NCBI GenBank assembly: GCA_050949565.1 | Contig: JBMNFY010000017.1 | Location: 1,152,001-1,216,000 of the forward strand | Origin: Kiritimatiellia bacterium | GTDB taxonomy: Bacteria; Verrucomicrobiota; Kiritimatiellia; RFP12; UBA1067 | Direction: 5' to 3' | DNA length: 64,000 nt | Part shown: in pieces, positions 11,755 to 26,023 of the stretch | How positions within the stretch are numbered: position 1 is the first letter of the stretch | Layout of the letters: each line of letters begins with the position of its first letter | Notes under the pieces: generated by a model | What the model was told of the DNA's origin: nothing | The model's input: only the letters and a program-made list of their open reading frames with translations | Databases searched by the model: none | Position numbers and translations under genes: made by a program

Positions 11755-12879
11755 CTACTTCTGCAAGCGTTCCACCGCATCCACGGCCTTCTGCACCTCT
11801 TTCTCAGCCATAACCTCAGGTCGGCTGGCTTGCTCTTTGAGCTTGTTACCGTAGGAGATCACACAGAAAGAGACCAACAGCGTCACGATGCCCAGCCCTA
11901 GCAGGGTCTTGGTCTTGGTGCCCACGCCCCGCCATTCGCCCAGCAGGATTCCTACCAGAGAACTGAAGAAAATCGACGAGCCCATCACAATCGCAAACCC
12001 GATATACGCCATGTCGCCCATCGCGGGTTCACCAACCTTCTGGCAGACAAACTGCATCGCCCAGATCACGCCGGCCAAGCCCGCGAAAAAGATGTTGGAC
12101 ACAACCAACGAGCCACCCTTGGAGTAATCACCAAACGTCCGGTTTTTGGCGTTTTGCGTCAGGCACCACGCGGCGTTAACCACAAAGCCGCCCAGCAGCA
12201 CCACGACCAGCACCGGTATCCCCTGCCAAGTCGAGAGCGTGCCGCCACGCACCGCCGCCTCCTGCAACACATCGCCGCTCTGCAAGCCGAAGTTCATCCC
12301 CGCGCTCGCAATACCCGAAAACAGAGCGACGAGCATACCCTTCTTGAAATCAAACTCGGCAACCGCGCGCTTCTTCTCCTCTTCCGACAACTCGCTCTCT
12401 TTGGCCTTTCCGGCCAGTCCCACCAGCGCAATACCCGCCAAAGAGCCAAACACGCCCAGTAGCACCACAATGGAGCCGGTATCCTTAACCAAGTCAGCCG
12501 CCTTGCCGGCCACAATCGGTGGAATCAGCGTACCGGTCGCCGAGCAGAGCCCGCAGCCAATAGCCAAGCCAAGGCCGATTCCCAGATAGCGGATCATCAA
12601 GCCCCAAGTCAGGCCACCCAGCCCCCACAGCGCACCGAAGCCAGCACAGCGCACCAGTACCCCGGCGGGGGCTTCCGTCAGAACCTCTTTCAGGTTCGGC
12701 ACAGTTAATAGCGCCAACGCCCACGGAAAGAGCACCAGACCAAAAATCGCATAAAAAAGCCAATAGCTTTCGTACGCCCAATTTTTGACACGCTTAAAAG
12801 GCAGTGCAAAGACCGCCCCGGCCAACCCACCACAGGCAAAAAGAATCATCCCCACGGCAGGATTCGTCGTATCCAACAT
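11755..12879 (-). CDS. rhaT: RhaT-family L-rhamnose/proton symporter
   Basis: LPFKRVKNW..ESYW, WGLGGLTWGL.IRYLG..LG, ~10 TM segments. Confidence 0.8.
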   Translation of the reverse strand: MLDTTNPAVGMILFACGGLAGAVFALPFKRVKNWAYESYWLFYAIFGLVLFPWALALLTVPNLKEVLTEAPAGVLVRCAGFGALWGLGGLTWGLMIRYLGIGLGLAIGCGLCSATGTLIPPIVAGKAADLVKDTGSIVVLLGVFGSLAGIALVGLAGKAKESELSEEEKKRAVAEFDFKKGMLVALFSGIASAGMNFGLQSGDVLQEAAVRGGTLSTWQGIPVLVVVLLGGFVVNAAWCLTQNAKNRTFGDYSKGGSLVVSNIFFAGLAGVIWAMQFVCQKVGEPAMGDMAYIGFAIVMGSSIFFSSLVGILLGEWRGVGTKTKTLLGLGIVTLLVSFCVISYGNKLKEQASRPEVMAEKEVQKAVDAVERLQK

Positions 12880-12989
12880 GATGCGCCCCCTTCATTGTGT
12901 GAAACCCGGTTTACGCTGTCCCAACGATAACACGCAGCAAGTGTCCGCAATGATACGGAGGTCCGGGTGAAAAGGGAAGGGCAAAGTGT

Positions 12990-15071
12990 CTACTTCTGGA
13001 GCAAAACACCTTGATGTCCGCAAGGGACCACGACCTTCCCTTTGTGGAACGCGGCGATGTCGGGATTACCCGATACATTCCAGTGCGCGAGAAGTTCCGG
13101 GCGATCCAAATCGGCAAAATCATAGAGTGCCACCGTACGATAGATCCGGCTCGTCTTCACGACGCGCGTACTTTCCGGGTCTTTGCGCGGGATGCCATTA
13201 GAGGCCGGCCCCGGCAGACGCTTGACCGTCCACTGTGCGTGGTCGGGGGGATCGCCCTCGTTGGGCGACAGGAACAGATACCCTGCGTTGGAGGTGACCA
13301 ACGCGCGGTTTTCGTCGAATCGGCAGATGCCGTTCGACAAGGTGATGCGATTGTATTTCGTCGTACAGGAGACGCGCGGTTGCGGCGACGCCAACATGTC
13401 CAACCAGACGATATTTTGATGAGCATTGTTGTACGCGATGTACCGGCCATTCCCGATCGGCGCGTCCATCAGATACTTGTCCCAACCCGGACACGACCCA
13501 AAGCCGAGCACCACTTTCGGATGCGCCAGATCAGAAATATCGTAAAGCCGGCATCCGCCGTTACGGGACGAAAACACCGCGTAATTCGCATTTATCGGCC
13601 AGACGCAGAGTGCCACCGTCTGCGCGGAACTGAGTTGCGGCACCCTTCCAATCTCGCGGAACTTCGTCGGACCTTCTAATTCGTAAACCCCGTAGCCGTC
13701 CTCGCCTTCCGCCGTATAGAGACGCGTCCCCGCAACCTGCACGTCGAAGACACGCGACGGCCCCGCGAGTTCACCGATTTTCTTGAAGCCGCCTGCGGAC
13801 TGAATTTCAAGCACATGCAATCCCGCATCACCACACGCGGCGTATACCACGTCGCCCGTCACGGCCACCGCACGCGCCTGTCCCGGCACCGACGGCTTCC
13901 AGACCCAAAACGCCTTCTCGTCCGTGGGATAGTCCTCCCGATACGACACGTTCGCGGGTGGCGCGACCTGCGCGAACGTCTCCCGCGCCGCGCCTTTCGC
14001 AGGCAACACCACGAGTCCGCAGCCCATGCCCCCCACGTACACGCAGCCATCGCCCACGGCCACGGACGCGATACAGCAACTCGGCCACTCCGGTTTTTTC
14101 GCCACGGGCGACAGCCAGCGGTCAACCACCTTCGGCTGCGCGGGATCGGCACAATCGACGGCGAAGAGACCGTTGTGGGTGGCGGCGCAAAACACGATGT
14201 CGGAATTCGCGCTCGTACGTGCCGTCCACATGTCAAGCCCGCGCTCATAGAACGGCGGATAATCCACGCGTCCGAGACGGCGAGGCTTCGTGGGATCGGA
14301 GACATCAAAAATGTCCAGGCCATGCCCGCAGCCCGCCCCCGGTTTCACCGCATTCCGGAAGCGCAACTCGTCCGAATCGAACGCTGGCAGTTTCGACACA
14401 TCGCGGTTCTTCGCGTGATGCCCGGTCGCCGCGTAAAGACGCGTTCCCTTGAGCCACACGCCGTCGCCGTAACCGTAGAGGTCTTCGTACGCGACGCGCC
14501 GAATGTCGCGCAGGTCGCGCACATCGAACACCGTCAGTTTGCCCGACCCCCAGTCACCCGAATAGAGGTATCCGTCCTTGTACTTGACGCTCTGTGACTC
14601 ATCCGTCTTGCGCATCGCGATATGTTGCGGATGATCGGGATCAGAGACATCGATGAACTCTACCCCGTTCTGGCGCTGACCGAGAAATACGACATCGCCG
14701 GCCACATCAACACCGGTCGCGAGTTCACAGCAGTCGAAACGCGAACGGACACGCGGGTGCGCGGGATCCGTGGCATCCACAATCCACAGCCCCGCCTCAC
14801 GCGCGGAGACATACGCCATGCCATTATGGACGGCGATTTGCCGTACCCCACCGAGCCCCGCCACCTGTCCGAGCAACTTCGGCTCCAGCGGCTTCTGAAC
14901 GTCGAACACATAAAAGTTAGGGCCTCCGCCAACGTATAAGCGCTCACCGTCCAAGCACACCGCCATGATGCGTTCAGACGTCCCCGCCACCGTGCGGGGT
15001 ACCCCGAACACGCCATCACCCACTGCGGTAAGCGCGGCACAACACAACGCAAATGCAATCGTCGTTTTCAT
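12990..15071 (-). CDS. secreted LVIVD-repeat beta-propeller protein
   Basis: Signal peptide; repeated GLWIVDATDPAHP / GVEFIDVSDPDHP / GLDIFDVSDPTKP. Confidence 0.75.
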   Translation of the reverse strand: MKTTIAFALCCAALTAVGDGVFGVPRTVAGTSERIMAVCLDGERLYVGGGPNFYVFDVQKPLEPKLLGQVAGLGGVRQIAVHNGMAYVSAREAGLWIVDATDPAHPRVRSRFDCCELATGVDVAGDVVFLGQRQNGVEFIDVSDPDHPQHIAMRKTDESQSVKYKDGYLYSGDWGSGKLTVFDVRDLRDIRRVAYEDLYGYGDGVWLKGTRLYAATGHHAKNRDVSKLPAFDSDELRFRNAVKPGAGCGHGLDIFDVSDPTKPRRLGRVDYPPFYERGLDMWTARTSANSDIVFCAATHNGLFAVDCADPAQPKVVDRWLSPVAKKPEWPSCCIASVAVGDGCVYVGGMGCGLVVLPAKGAARETFAQVAPPANVSYREDYPTDEKAFWVWKPSVPGQARAVAVTGDVVYAACGDAGLHVLEIQSAGGFKKIGELAGPSRVFDVQVAGTRLYTAEGEDGYGVYELEGPTKFREIGRVPQLSSAQTVALCVWPINANYAVFSSRNGGCRLYDISDLAHPKVVLGFGSCPGWDKYLMDAPIGNGRYIAYNNAHQNIVWLDMLASPQPRVSCTTKYNRITLSNGICRFDENRALVTSNAGYLFLSPNEGDPPDHAQWTVKRLPGPASNGIPRKDPESTRVVKTSRIYRTVALYDFADLDRPELLAHWNVSGNPDIAAFHKGKVVVPCGHQGVLLQK

Positions 15072-16897
15072 CTTTTCCCCAACAATTTAAAGTCTTTCAC
15101 GGGTACCATCACGCCATCAACCGTGAACGGTTGCGCGGTGCGGTTCACCACGATCGCCTCGCCGTTCGCGTAATCGACGCGCACAACGTCGGGCGCGATC
15201 TCGCGGTGGCTCACCATCTCCTCGGTCATCAGGTGGCGCAACCCCTTGAATTGCTGCCACGCCTTCACGACGCCGTTGAAGTTGCCCTTGCCAATACCGT
15301 AGAAGATCGGTCGCCCGCCATATTCCACAAGAAGAAGGTTATGATCCTGATCAAGAACCTCTTGCGTGATCTTGTCGGGATTGGATAGAACAACGTCGTG
15401 AAACGCGAGTTCGAAGAACGGCACGAAACGGTCCACCTGTTTGGCGTACGCCTTGGGGCTTTTGGCCTGACGTTTCGCACGCATCGGCGCACACACGTAA
15501 TTGATGTAATCAACATAGCCGAGCATGTGATCCATACAGCACTCGCTCGCGAAGCCGCCAAAAAGCTCGTGGCAACGCTTCGCCACCTCGATCTGTACCA
15601 ACATCTGCTCCTTCTTATTCGCGGGGTGCTGTGGGTTACAGCAACGATAGGGTTGCACAGCCGAGAAGACATCGACATAGTGGCAGCCGCGAAAACCGAG
15701 CTTGGATATTTTTTCGAGATCGCCGGGAAGGAACGTCTCCCAGGCATTTTTCAAACACAGGTTGTACGCCTTGCCACCGCTCCAGACACCATTGAACTCG
15801 CGCGTGCCCTTCGGGCTGAGGCAGGCGATGTTGCCGTTGTCCCATAGCGGCGAGCAGGTGAAGCAGTCGGTGTAGTTCGAATGTCCGTCGATAATGTAGC
15901 CAAGCGCGCGGCCACCCTCACAGAGGCGGCGGATGCCCGCCTCGCCACCCGGCCCCTCCTCCAAAGGGAACGTCGCGGGGCAACGTCCGTCGTAGCCGCC
16001 CGTCTGCCAACCCGCCACACAAAGCGCCACATTCTCGACGCCCGCCTCCTTGAGTTGCTTCAGATAACTCAGCGTCTCGTCGTATGTGCGGTGCGTCCGA
16101 ATGGGCGGCTCCGTCTCCGGCGTGAAGTCGGTCTTGTTCTTGGGATCCCACGGTTTTGAGGCATGCGACTGGCGGAGGGCAATCGAGTCCGCGAGCGTCT
16201 GGAGTTCAGGCCGCTCCTTGATGCGTTCCTTGAGCGTACGCACGGCAGGATCGTGCGCGAACTTGTAGCTGCGGTAGACCTTCGCCATTTCGTTGTAGTC
16301 CGCCTCCTGCGGCAGCCGGTAGAAGATCACCGTCATGTCCTCATAGGGCGGGAAACCGATCTCGGCAATGTTCCAAGAGGGGTACATTGCATAGTCGCCG
16401 TTCTCCGCCTTGAGGAAGAGGTCGTGCTCGAAACGCATGCCCTCCATGATCGCGATGAACGTGTCGCGCGGTGTTTTCATCGCATAATACGGCATGTAGA
16501 TCCAGCCGCGGTGGGCCATCCACACCAGCGAGTCCTTGTTGAAATCGAAGACAAGTCCGCGCTGAGAAAGCGCAAAGCCAGCCTCGTCCTTCTTCGCCGT
16601 CGCGATCGGGCTCCTCACCTCCACGGCCATCACACCCGGCACGAGATCGGAGCGCTTCACTGTGAACGCCACACCGCCGTCCGCGCGCGCCACAGGCACG
16701 AGATCGAACTCCTTCACAATAGCATTCTTCTCGCCACGCATCACAGCCCGCGCCGTTATGGGGCGCGGTGCGAGCGTCGGCATCGGCGGCAAAACTCGCC
16801 CGGGGGATTCAGCGCTGCGCACCCCCATGACTCCCCCGAACAAAACCAACAGGCAAAACGACAGGCACCATGCTGTCCGTGCAGACAGCCTAACCAT
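15068..16897 (-). CDS. secreted putative glycoside hydrolase (DUF5696/GH129-like TIM barrel)
   Basis: Signal peptide; GWQTGGYDG, HSNYTD, HYVDVFS, GGFASE motifs. Confidence 0.55.
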   Translation of the reverse strand: MVRLSARTAWCLSFCLLVLFGGVMGVRSAESPGRVLPPMPTLAPRPITARAVMRGEKNAIVKEFDLVPVARADGGVAFTVKRSDLVPGVMAVEVRSPIATAKKDEAGFALSQRGLVFDFNKDSLVWMAHRGWIYMPYYAMKTPRDTFIAIMEGMRFEHDLFLKAENGDYAMYPSWNIAEIGFPPYEDMTVIFYRLPQEADYNEMAKVYRSYKFAHDPAVRTLKERIKERPELQTLADSIALRQSHASKPWDPKNKTDFTPETEPPIRTHRTYDETLSYLKQLKEAGVENVALCVAGWQTGGYDGRCPATFPLEEGPGGEAGIRRLCEGGRALGYIIDGHSNYTDCFTCSPLWDNGNIACLSPKGTREFNGVWSGGKAYNLCLKNAWETFLPGDLEKISKLGFRGCHYVDVFSAVQPYRCCNPQHPANKKEQMLVQIEVAKRCHELFGGFASECCMDHMLGYVDYINYVCAPMRAKRQAKSPKAYAKQVDRFVPFFELAFHDVVLSNPDKITQEVLDQDHNLLLVEYGGRPIFYGIGKGNFNGVVKAWQQFKGLRHLMTEEMVSHREIAPDVVRVDYANGEAIVVNRTAQPFTVDGVMVPVKDFKLLGKR

Positions 16898-16944
16898 ACT
16901 CCGAGTGTGCACAAGCAATCCCCCCTTCAGAATGTACTAGCCCA

Positions 16945-18042
16945 CTAGCTCACCGGACAGCCCGACATGAGCGAGAGAAGGCGCATGCGGCATTCGTAAC
17001 CTTGCCACCAGTCGCCGGTGCGGTTCGTCATCACAATGCCCGAATATTTGTTCACAGGATCGACCGCGATCGTGATGCCCGTGTGTCCACCATGCTCAAT
17101 AGTAGAGCTGCTCCATCCGTTCGGCACGATCTTGGGGCTCATGTCCCAGCCGAAACTGCGCCGCGAATCGTCTTTCTCGAAGCAAGGCGTGAAGAGGAGA
17201 TCATAGTACGCCGTCTTGAAATGCTTACGGTGCAGCAGGTCGTCCGCGAAAAGCAACATGTCGGAAATGGATGAGAACGTCGCGCCATTGCCCGTCGCGC
17301 TTGGATAACTACGTGCCTGTTCGTCACTACGCATGCCGATCGCGGGCCGGTTGTTTGTGAACACTTGGACGGCACGCGGATGACCGGGAATGTCGTGCCA
17401 GTAAGTGTCCTTCATGCCCAGCGGCTCCCACAGCATCTTTTTCGCCGCTGCTTCGAGCTCCAGTCCCGTAAGACGCTCCACAATCTTGCCGAGATAGATG
17501 AAGTTTGAACACGCGTACTCATATTTGATGCCGCGTGCCCGCACCGGACGCTTCTTAAAGAGCGCCGCATCGAAAGCGGCGGCATCCGGCTCCTTAAGGA
17601 TATAGGGCTTGGAGTTGTCGAACCCACCGATATGCATCGCGAGGTCACGCACCGTGATGGCACAGCTCTCCTTTGCGAGGATGTGCTCAGGCAAGTATTT
17701 CGTGAACGGTGCGTCAAGCTCCAGCTTGCCATCCGCCACAAGCATCGCGCAGAGACTTGTCGTGAAGGTCTTGCCCACACTCGCGAGGTCGAAAAGCGAA
17801 TCGGGCGTCATCGGCGTGACAGTAGGATGACGCGTGCGGTCGCCCACGGCATAGATAGGACCGCCCACGAGTCCGCACACGCCGCCCGCAATCTGCTTCG
17901 CGGCTATCTGGCGTTTCAACTCCTCCTCGACGGCGGGATTGCGCGGCTGTTTTGCCAAACCCCTGCCTACCGCCAAGAAGGCAGCCGAACCCAAGACAAA
18001 GTCCCGGCGTGTAACCGAAAGGATAGATTCGCGTGTTTTCAT
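16945..18042 (-). CDS. serine hydrolase, beta-lactamase/class C-like family, Tat signal
   Basis: TRRDFV Tat motif; FDLASVGK (SxxK), PLGMKDT, HGGHTG. Confidence 0.85.
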   Translation of the reverse strand: MKTRESILSVTRRDFVLGSAAFLAVGRGLAKQPRNPAVEEELKRQIAAKQIAGGVCGLVGGPIYAVGDRTRHPTVTPMTPDSLFDLASVGKTFTTSLCAMLVADGKLELDAPFTKYLPEHILAKESCAITVRDLAMHIGGFDNSKPYILKEPDAAAFDAALFKKRPVRARGIKYEYACSNFIYLGKIVERLTGLELEAAAKKMLWEPLGMKDTYWHDIPGHPRAVQVFTNNRPAIGMRSDEQARSYPSATGNGATFSSISDMLLFADDLLHRKHFKTAYYDLLFTPCFEKDDSRRSFGWDMSPKIVPNGWSSSTIEHGGHTGITIAVDPVNKYSGIVMTNRTGDWWQGYECRMRLLSLMSGCPVS

Positions 18043-18098
18043 TTTTAGACTCCTCGTAGCGGGGGGCTACCGGTACTGCCGGTACTGCGGGTCCTGTG

Positions 18099-18183
18099 GG
18101 CGGCGTTCACGCCGCCGGTCAAGCAGACGCTTGCCCCTCCCGGCGCTCCGCGAGCCGCAGACGGGCGGGCGCCCGTCTCACGT
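18099..18183. repeat. cluster of REP-like palindromes (family 2)
   Basis: GGCGGCGTTCACGCCGCC + CAAGCAGACGCTTGCCCCTCCC + GCTCCGCGAGCC, shared with ~25537, ~51365 and ~55398. Confidence 0.7.
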
Positions 18184-18226
18184 CTCCCGTCTCTCGTCAT
18201 CCATCCGGCCGGCTGCGCCGCCCGTC

Positions 18227-18267
18227 CAAAGAAAAGGGGGCCGCGGGTCTTGCGACCCGCGGCCCCC
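18227..18267 (-). terminator. intrinsic terminator of rRNA operon
   Basis: 14-bp stem GGGGGCCGCGGGTC/GACCCGCGGCCCCC followed by TTTTCTTT on minus strand, just after 5S. Confidence 0.85.
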
Positions 18268-18277
18268 GCGATTAAAC

Positions 18278-18393
18278 CCCGGCGGCGTCCTACTCTCCCA
18301 CAGGCGCGTCCTGCAGTACCCTCGGCGATGGGGCCCTTCACTTCCGTGTTCGGGATGGGAACGGGTGTTGCCTCCCCTCCGTGGCCACCGGGA
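18278..18393 (-). rRNA. rrf: 5S rRNA
   Basis: CCCGTTCCCATCCCGAACACGGAAGTGAAG...TGGGAGAGTAGGACGCCGCC on minus strand. Confidence 0.95.
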
Positions 18394-18521
18394 AAACCCG
18401 GCCCGGGCCCTCCGGCCCGGAAAATAAAGACAACGCACAGTCAGGGCGGCAGCAAGAGCCGCGCCGCAAGCGGAAGGGCGGGGATCGCGCCCCCGGCCTT
18501 CAATCAAGTGAAGTTGGAAAA

Positions 18522-21428
<2,907 letters not shown>

Positions 21429-21576
21429 AAGATCGAAACCCTCGCCAATCTCGCTTACGTTGCAACTCTTAAATTGATACCCAGACTGTGCAGTTGTCAA
21501 AGATCAAAACCCGCCCCGCAAACGGGGCAGGAAAACCATGCCGGCCGCGCCTTGCCGAGAGAACCCTTCCGCTGAG

Positions 21577-21653
21577 TGGTGGGCGTGCCTGGAATCGAAC
21601 CAGGGACCTCGTCCTTATCAGGGACGCGCTCTAACCGACTGAGCTACACGCCC
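21577..21653 (-). tRNA. tRNA-Ile (GAT)
   Basis: GGGCGTGTAGCTCAGTCGGTTAGAGCG..CTGATAA..GGTTCGATTCC..ACCA. Confidence 0.96.
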
Positions 21654-21773
21654 GCTTCCGGGGCGCCGGCGCTCCCTCCGGGATTTAGGAGTTAGGATTT
21701 AGGATTCAGGAATTGAAAAGCGCCGCATGCGCGGCAACCACAAATCCCGAACCCCAAACCACAAACCCCGTGG

Positions 21774-21849
21774 TGGTGGAGGCAGCCGGGCTCGAACCGG
21801 CGGCATCCAGCTTGCAAAGCTGGCGCTCTACCAACTGAGCTATGCCCCC
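21774..21849 (-). tRNA. tRNA-Ala (TGC)
   Basis: GGGGGCATAGCTCAGTTGGTAGAGCG..TTTGCAA..GGTTCGAGCC..TCCACCA. Confidence 0.96.
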
Positions 21850-22020
21850 GGCGCGGGGCGTCTCTCTCGACGCGTGTCCAGGCGCTTCGCGGCGGGCCGC
21901 CTCTGCGGCCCGGGGGGGGTGCGGGAGAATCATCCGCCTGCTTCGCTTCCGTCCGGACGCCCTCTTTGAAAAAGGGCGTTCCACCTTCGGCCGCCGCCTC
22001 CCGGCGGGGCCTGTCTCCTT

Positions 22021-23581
<1,561 letters not shown>

Positions 23582-23806
23582 ATCTCGCGAAGGCGCCGCG
23601 CCAGAGCCCGCAGGCCCCGCGCCGCGCGCCTTCTCTCATTTTCGATTCCGGACAGGTTCGTCACAAGCTTCCTATTCTCCCGCATCCCCGCCGGCCCGCC
23701 TCTGAAAAGATTCGGGACCCGACGCGGTTCAGCGCCTGAACGACCGGATGTCATAGAGCAATTTCGCGCCGCGCGGCGTCGCCGCCTTCTGCAAGCGCGG
23801 GTTGGG

Positions 23807-23967
23807 ACTTTAGCAAAAAAGCCGGAGCCCTGTCAACCCCCCGGCGGAAAAAATCGCGGAAAAACCGCAACCCCCTCCGCCGCCCCCCCGGCGCCCCGGG
23901 CGGCGCGCGCCGCCTGGTGCCCCGGAAAGAGCCGCACACATTACCACAGCCCCGCCAAGGGAGTCAA
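23807..23967 (-). promoter_or_regulatory. tandem rRNA promoters (P1/P2-like)
   Basis: TTGACT-18-TAATGT (23967-23938) with AT-rich UP-like region, and TTGACA-18-TAAAGT (23836-23807); both with TGn extended -10. Confidence 0.7.
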
Positions 23968-24177
23968 CGGGGAAAATGAAAATTTTTCAGGATTTTTTTG
24001 CAGTTCGTTAGTGCGTTAGTTCATTAGTGCATGAGTTTGGTCGCGGGGCTCCGCGCCGCGCGCGGAAGGTGTGGCAAGTGAATCGAGTGAATCGTCCACG
24101 ACGTCCACAATGTCAATCAGATCCAAAAGGCGATTTCGTAGCGATCCCGATACCGATTAAACAAGCGCATTAATGCA

Positions 24178-25500
24178 CTACAAACTCCCGGTATCAATCG
24201 GGATGTCGTCGGTGTCGAACGGGGGCGTTACGGCCTCACCTCCGACCATCACGGCTTCCTTGCGGGTGGTCGGGAGGTAGCGGTAGTAGACCATGAGTTG
24301 GAGGGCGGCCAGACAGGTATCCATTACCGGACGGTCGGAGTGGGCGTCGGCATTCTCCCACCAGCCGATGTCGCGGTCGATGCCTTTGGCGTCCTTGATG
24401 GCGTTCTCTTCGACGAGTTGCGCCTTGACGTAGCGCGGCTTCATGGCCTTGTTCCAGTTATCCCAATGCCTGCCGCCTTGGTGAAACTTGCACTGAGTGG
24501 CGTAGTAGAAATAGTACTGCGGCGATGCCATCATGTAGAATCTGCGCTCCTCTTCGGGAACCGACGCGTAGCTTGAGAAGGTGGGTACCCAAGTATCGAT
24601 GACATCAAGCGCCTTCTTCACCTCGTTCTCGTTCGACGCGCCCAGAAGCTGCATGCAGAGACAGCCGACGCTGGTGAGACCGCCGGTGCCGGGGCCGATG
24701 TAGCCGAAGCCGCCAGAGGGATGAGCATTCGCCTTGAAACCCTTGACGGCGAGCTTCATGGCTCTCTCAAGGCCATTGACTTGGATCTTAGCGAGATGGG
24801 CGGCCTTCAACGCCTGAACGCACCAACCCATGAACGAGGTGTCGTCACGGAACCCACCATTGGCCTCCGGACCGGGATGCATCTTATACGTCCAGCCACC
24901 CGTGGGATGCTGTCCCTTGATGATTGGCACGAGCGCTTTTTCAGCGGCGGCCTTGACATCCGGGTTGAGGGTCATGCCATAGGCTTCGCACAATGCGTAG
25001 GTGGCAATCGGGTGGGCATATTCTCCATCGTCCATGCCGTTGAACTTACCGTCCGCGCGCTGGTTCTTGAGCAGGAATTCCAGCGCCTTCTGCACGGTCG
25101 CGCCGAACTCCCGAGAATCTCTGGGGGGTTCGCCGTGGGCTAGGAAGGTCAGGATTGCGAGACCGGTCATGGCGATTTTCTGCTGCGGCCAGGAACCGTC
25201 GGGCTGCTGGTTCTTTTTGAGCCAGCGCAGCGCGCGCATGAGGGCTTCTTCCCTCTGACAGTAGCCGGGACAAACAACTCTTATGTTATGTGCGCCGATG
25301 TTGCGGTTGCGGATGTCGCCAAAAAGGTTTGTGATGATGACGGGGCCGGAGAGCACAACCACATCAGACGTCTGCGGCTGGGGATTCTTCCGGATTTCGA
25401 TGATACCGTCCTCACCCGCACGACTGGACACGACGGTCAGCAGCCCAACGGCAAACAGCAGCACTTTGAGATGGGCATTTGTTTTTAGGAGTTCTTTCAC
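24178..25500 (-). CDS. prenyltransferase/squalene-cyclase repeat (alpha/alpha toroid) protein
   Basis: QW-like repeats ALRWLKKNQQPDGSW, ALEFLLKNQRADG, QHPTGGWTY; start uncertain (GTG 25500). Confidence 0.78.
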   Translation of the reverse strand: MKELLKTNAHLKVLLFAVGLLTVVSSRAGEDGIIEIRKNPQPQTSDVVVLSGPVIITNLFGDIRNRNIGAHNIRVVCPGYCQREEALMRALRWLKKNQQPDGSWPQQKIAMTGLAILTFLAHGEPPRDSREFGATVQKALEFLLKNQRADGKFNGMDDGEYAHPIATYALCEAYGMTLNPDVKAAAEKALVPIIKGQHPTGGWTYKMHPGPEANGGFRDDTSFMGWCVQALKAAHLAKIQVNGLERAMKLAVKGFKANAHPSGGFGYIGPGTGGLTSVGCLCMQLLGASNENEVKKALDVIDTWVPTFSSYASVPEEERRFYMMASPQYYFYYATQCKFHQGGRHWDNWNKAMKPRYVKAQLVEENAIKDAKGIDRDIGWWENADAHSDRPVMDTCLAALQLMVYYRYLPTTRKEAVMVGGEAVTPPFDTDDIPIDTGSL

Positions 25501-25536
25501 TTCTTCTTTCTTCGTTTGACCTTCGGCGTTCAAAAG

Positions 25537-26013
25537 CGGCGGCGTGGAACGCCGCCCGGACGAGCAGACGCTCGTCCCTTCCGCGTAGCGGAAGGCGGCT
25601 CGTGAGGACACTCGCCCTCCAGCCTTCGCGTCGCCTCACGATTGCGAGCCACTACGTGGCCGCAATAAGAGAGGTTGACTCGCGACCCGCGACTTGCGAC
25701 TTGCGGCTCCTGAATCACAAATCACAAATTCCAAAAGCCTATTCGCGTCATTCGCGTTATTCGCGGTTCCAACCCGAGCAGCGCCTGGATAAAAAACCGA
25801 ACCATGAAACACATGAAACTTCATGAAAATCAGGGGCTCTCACCTTGGCGTTCTTGGTGCCTTGGCGGTTCCAAAACCCCGAGCCATGCCCCAAAAACTC
25901 CGTGCCTCTGTGGTGAGAAAAAACCCGTGCCGTCAATCGTCCACCAGAGGCGATCCCGATAGCGATGGAATCTTGAAACCTTGGAACCCCGAAACCCTGA
26001 AACCTCGAAACCC
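25537..26013. repeat. mosaic of REP-like palindromes and 7/8/9-mer tandem repeats
   Basis: CGCGACC/TGCGACT 7-mers, ATTCGCGTY x3, CATGAAAC x3, CTTGGCG 9-mers, GAAACCYY 8-mers. Confidence 0.8.
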
Positions 26014-26023
26014 ATCCGTCGCT

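Noticed and set aside
25537-26013. Possible CRISPR array
   Set aside because: Units are 7-9 nt tandem repeats with no constant 23-47 nt repeat, no unique spacers and no cas genes.
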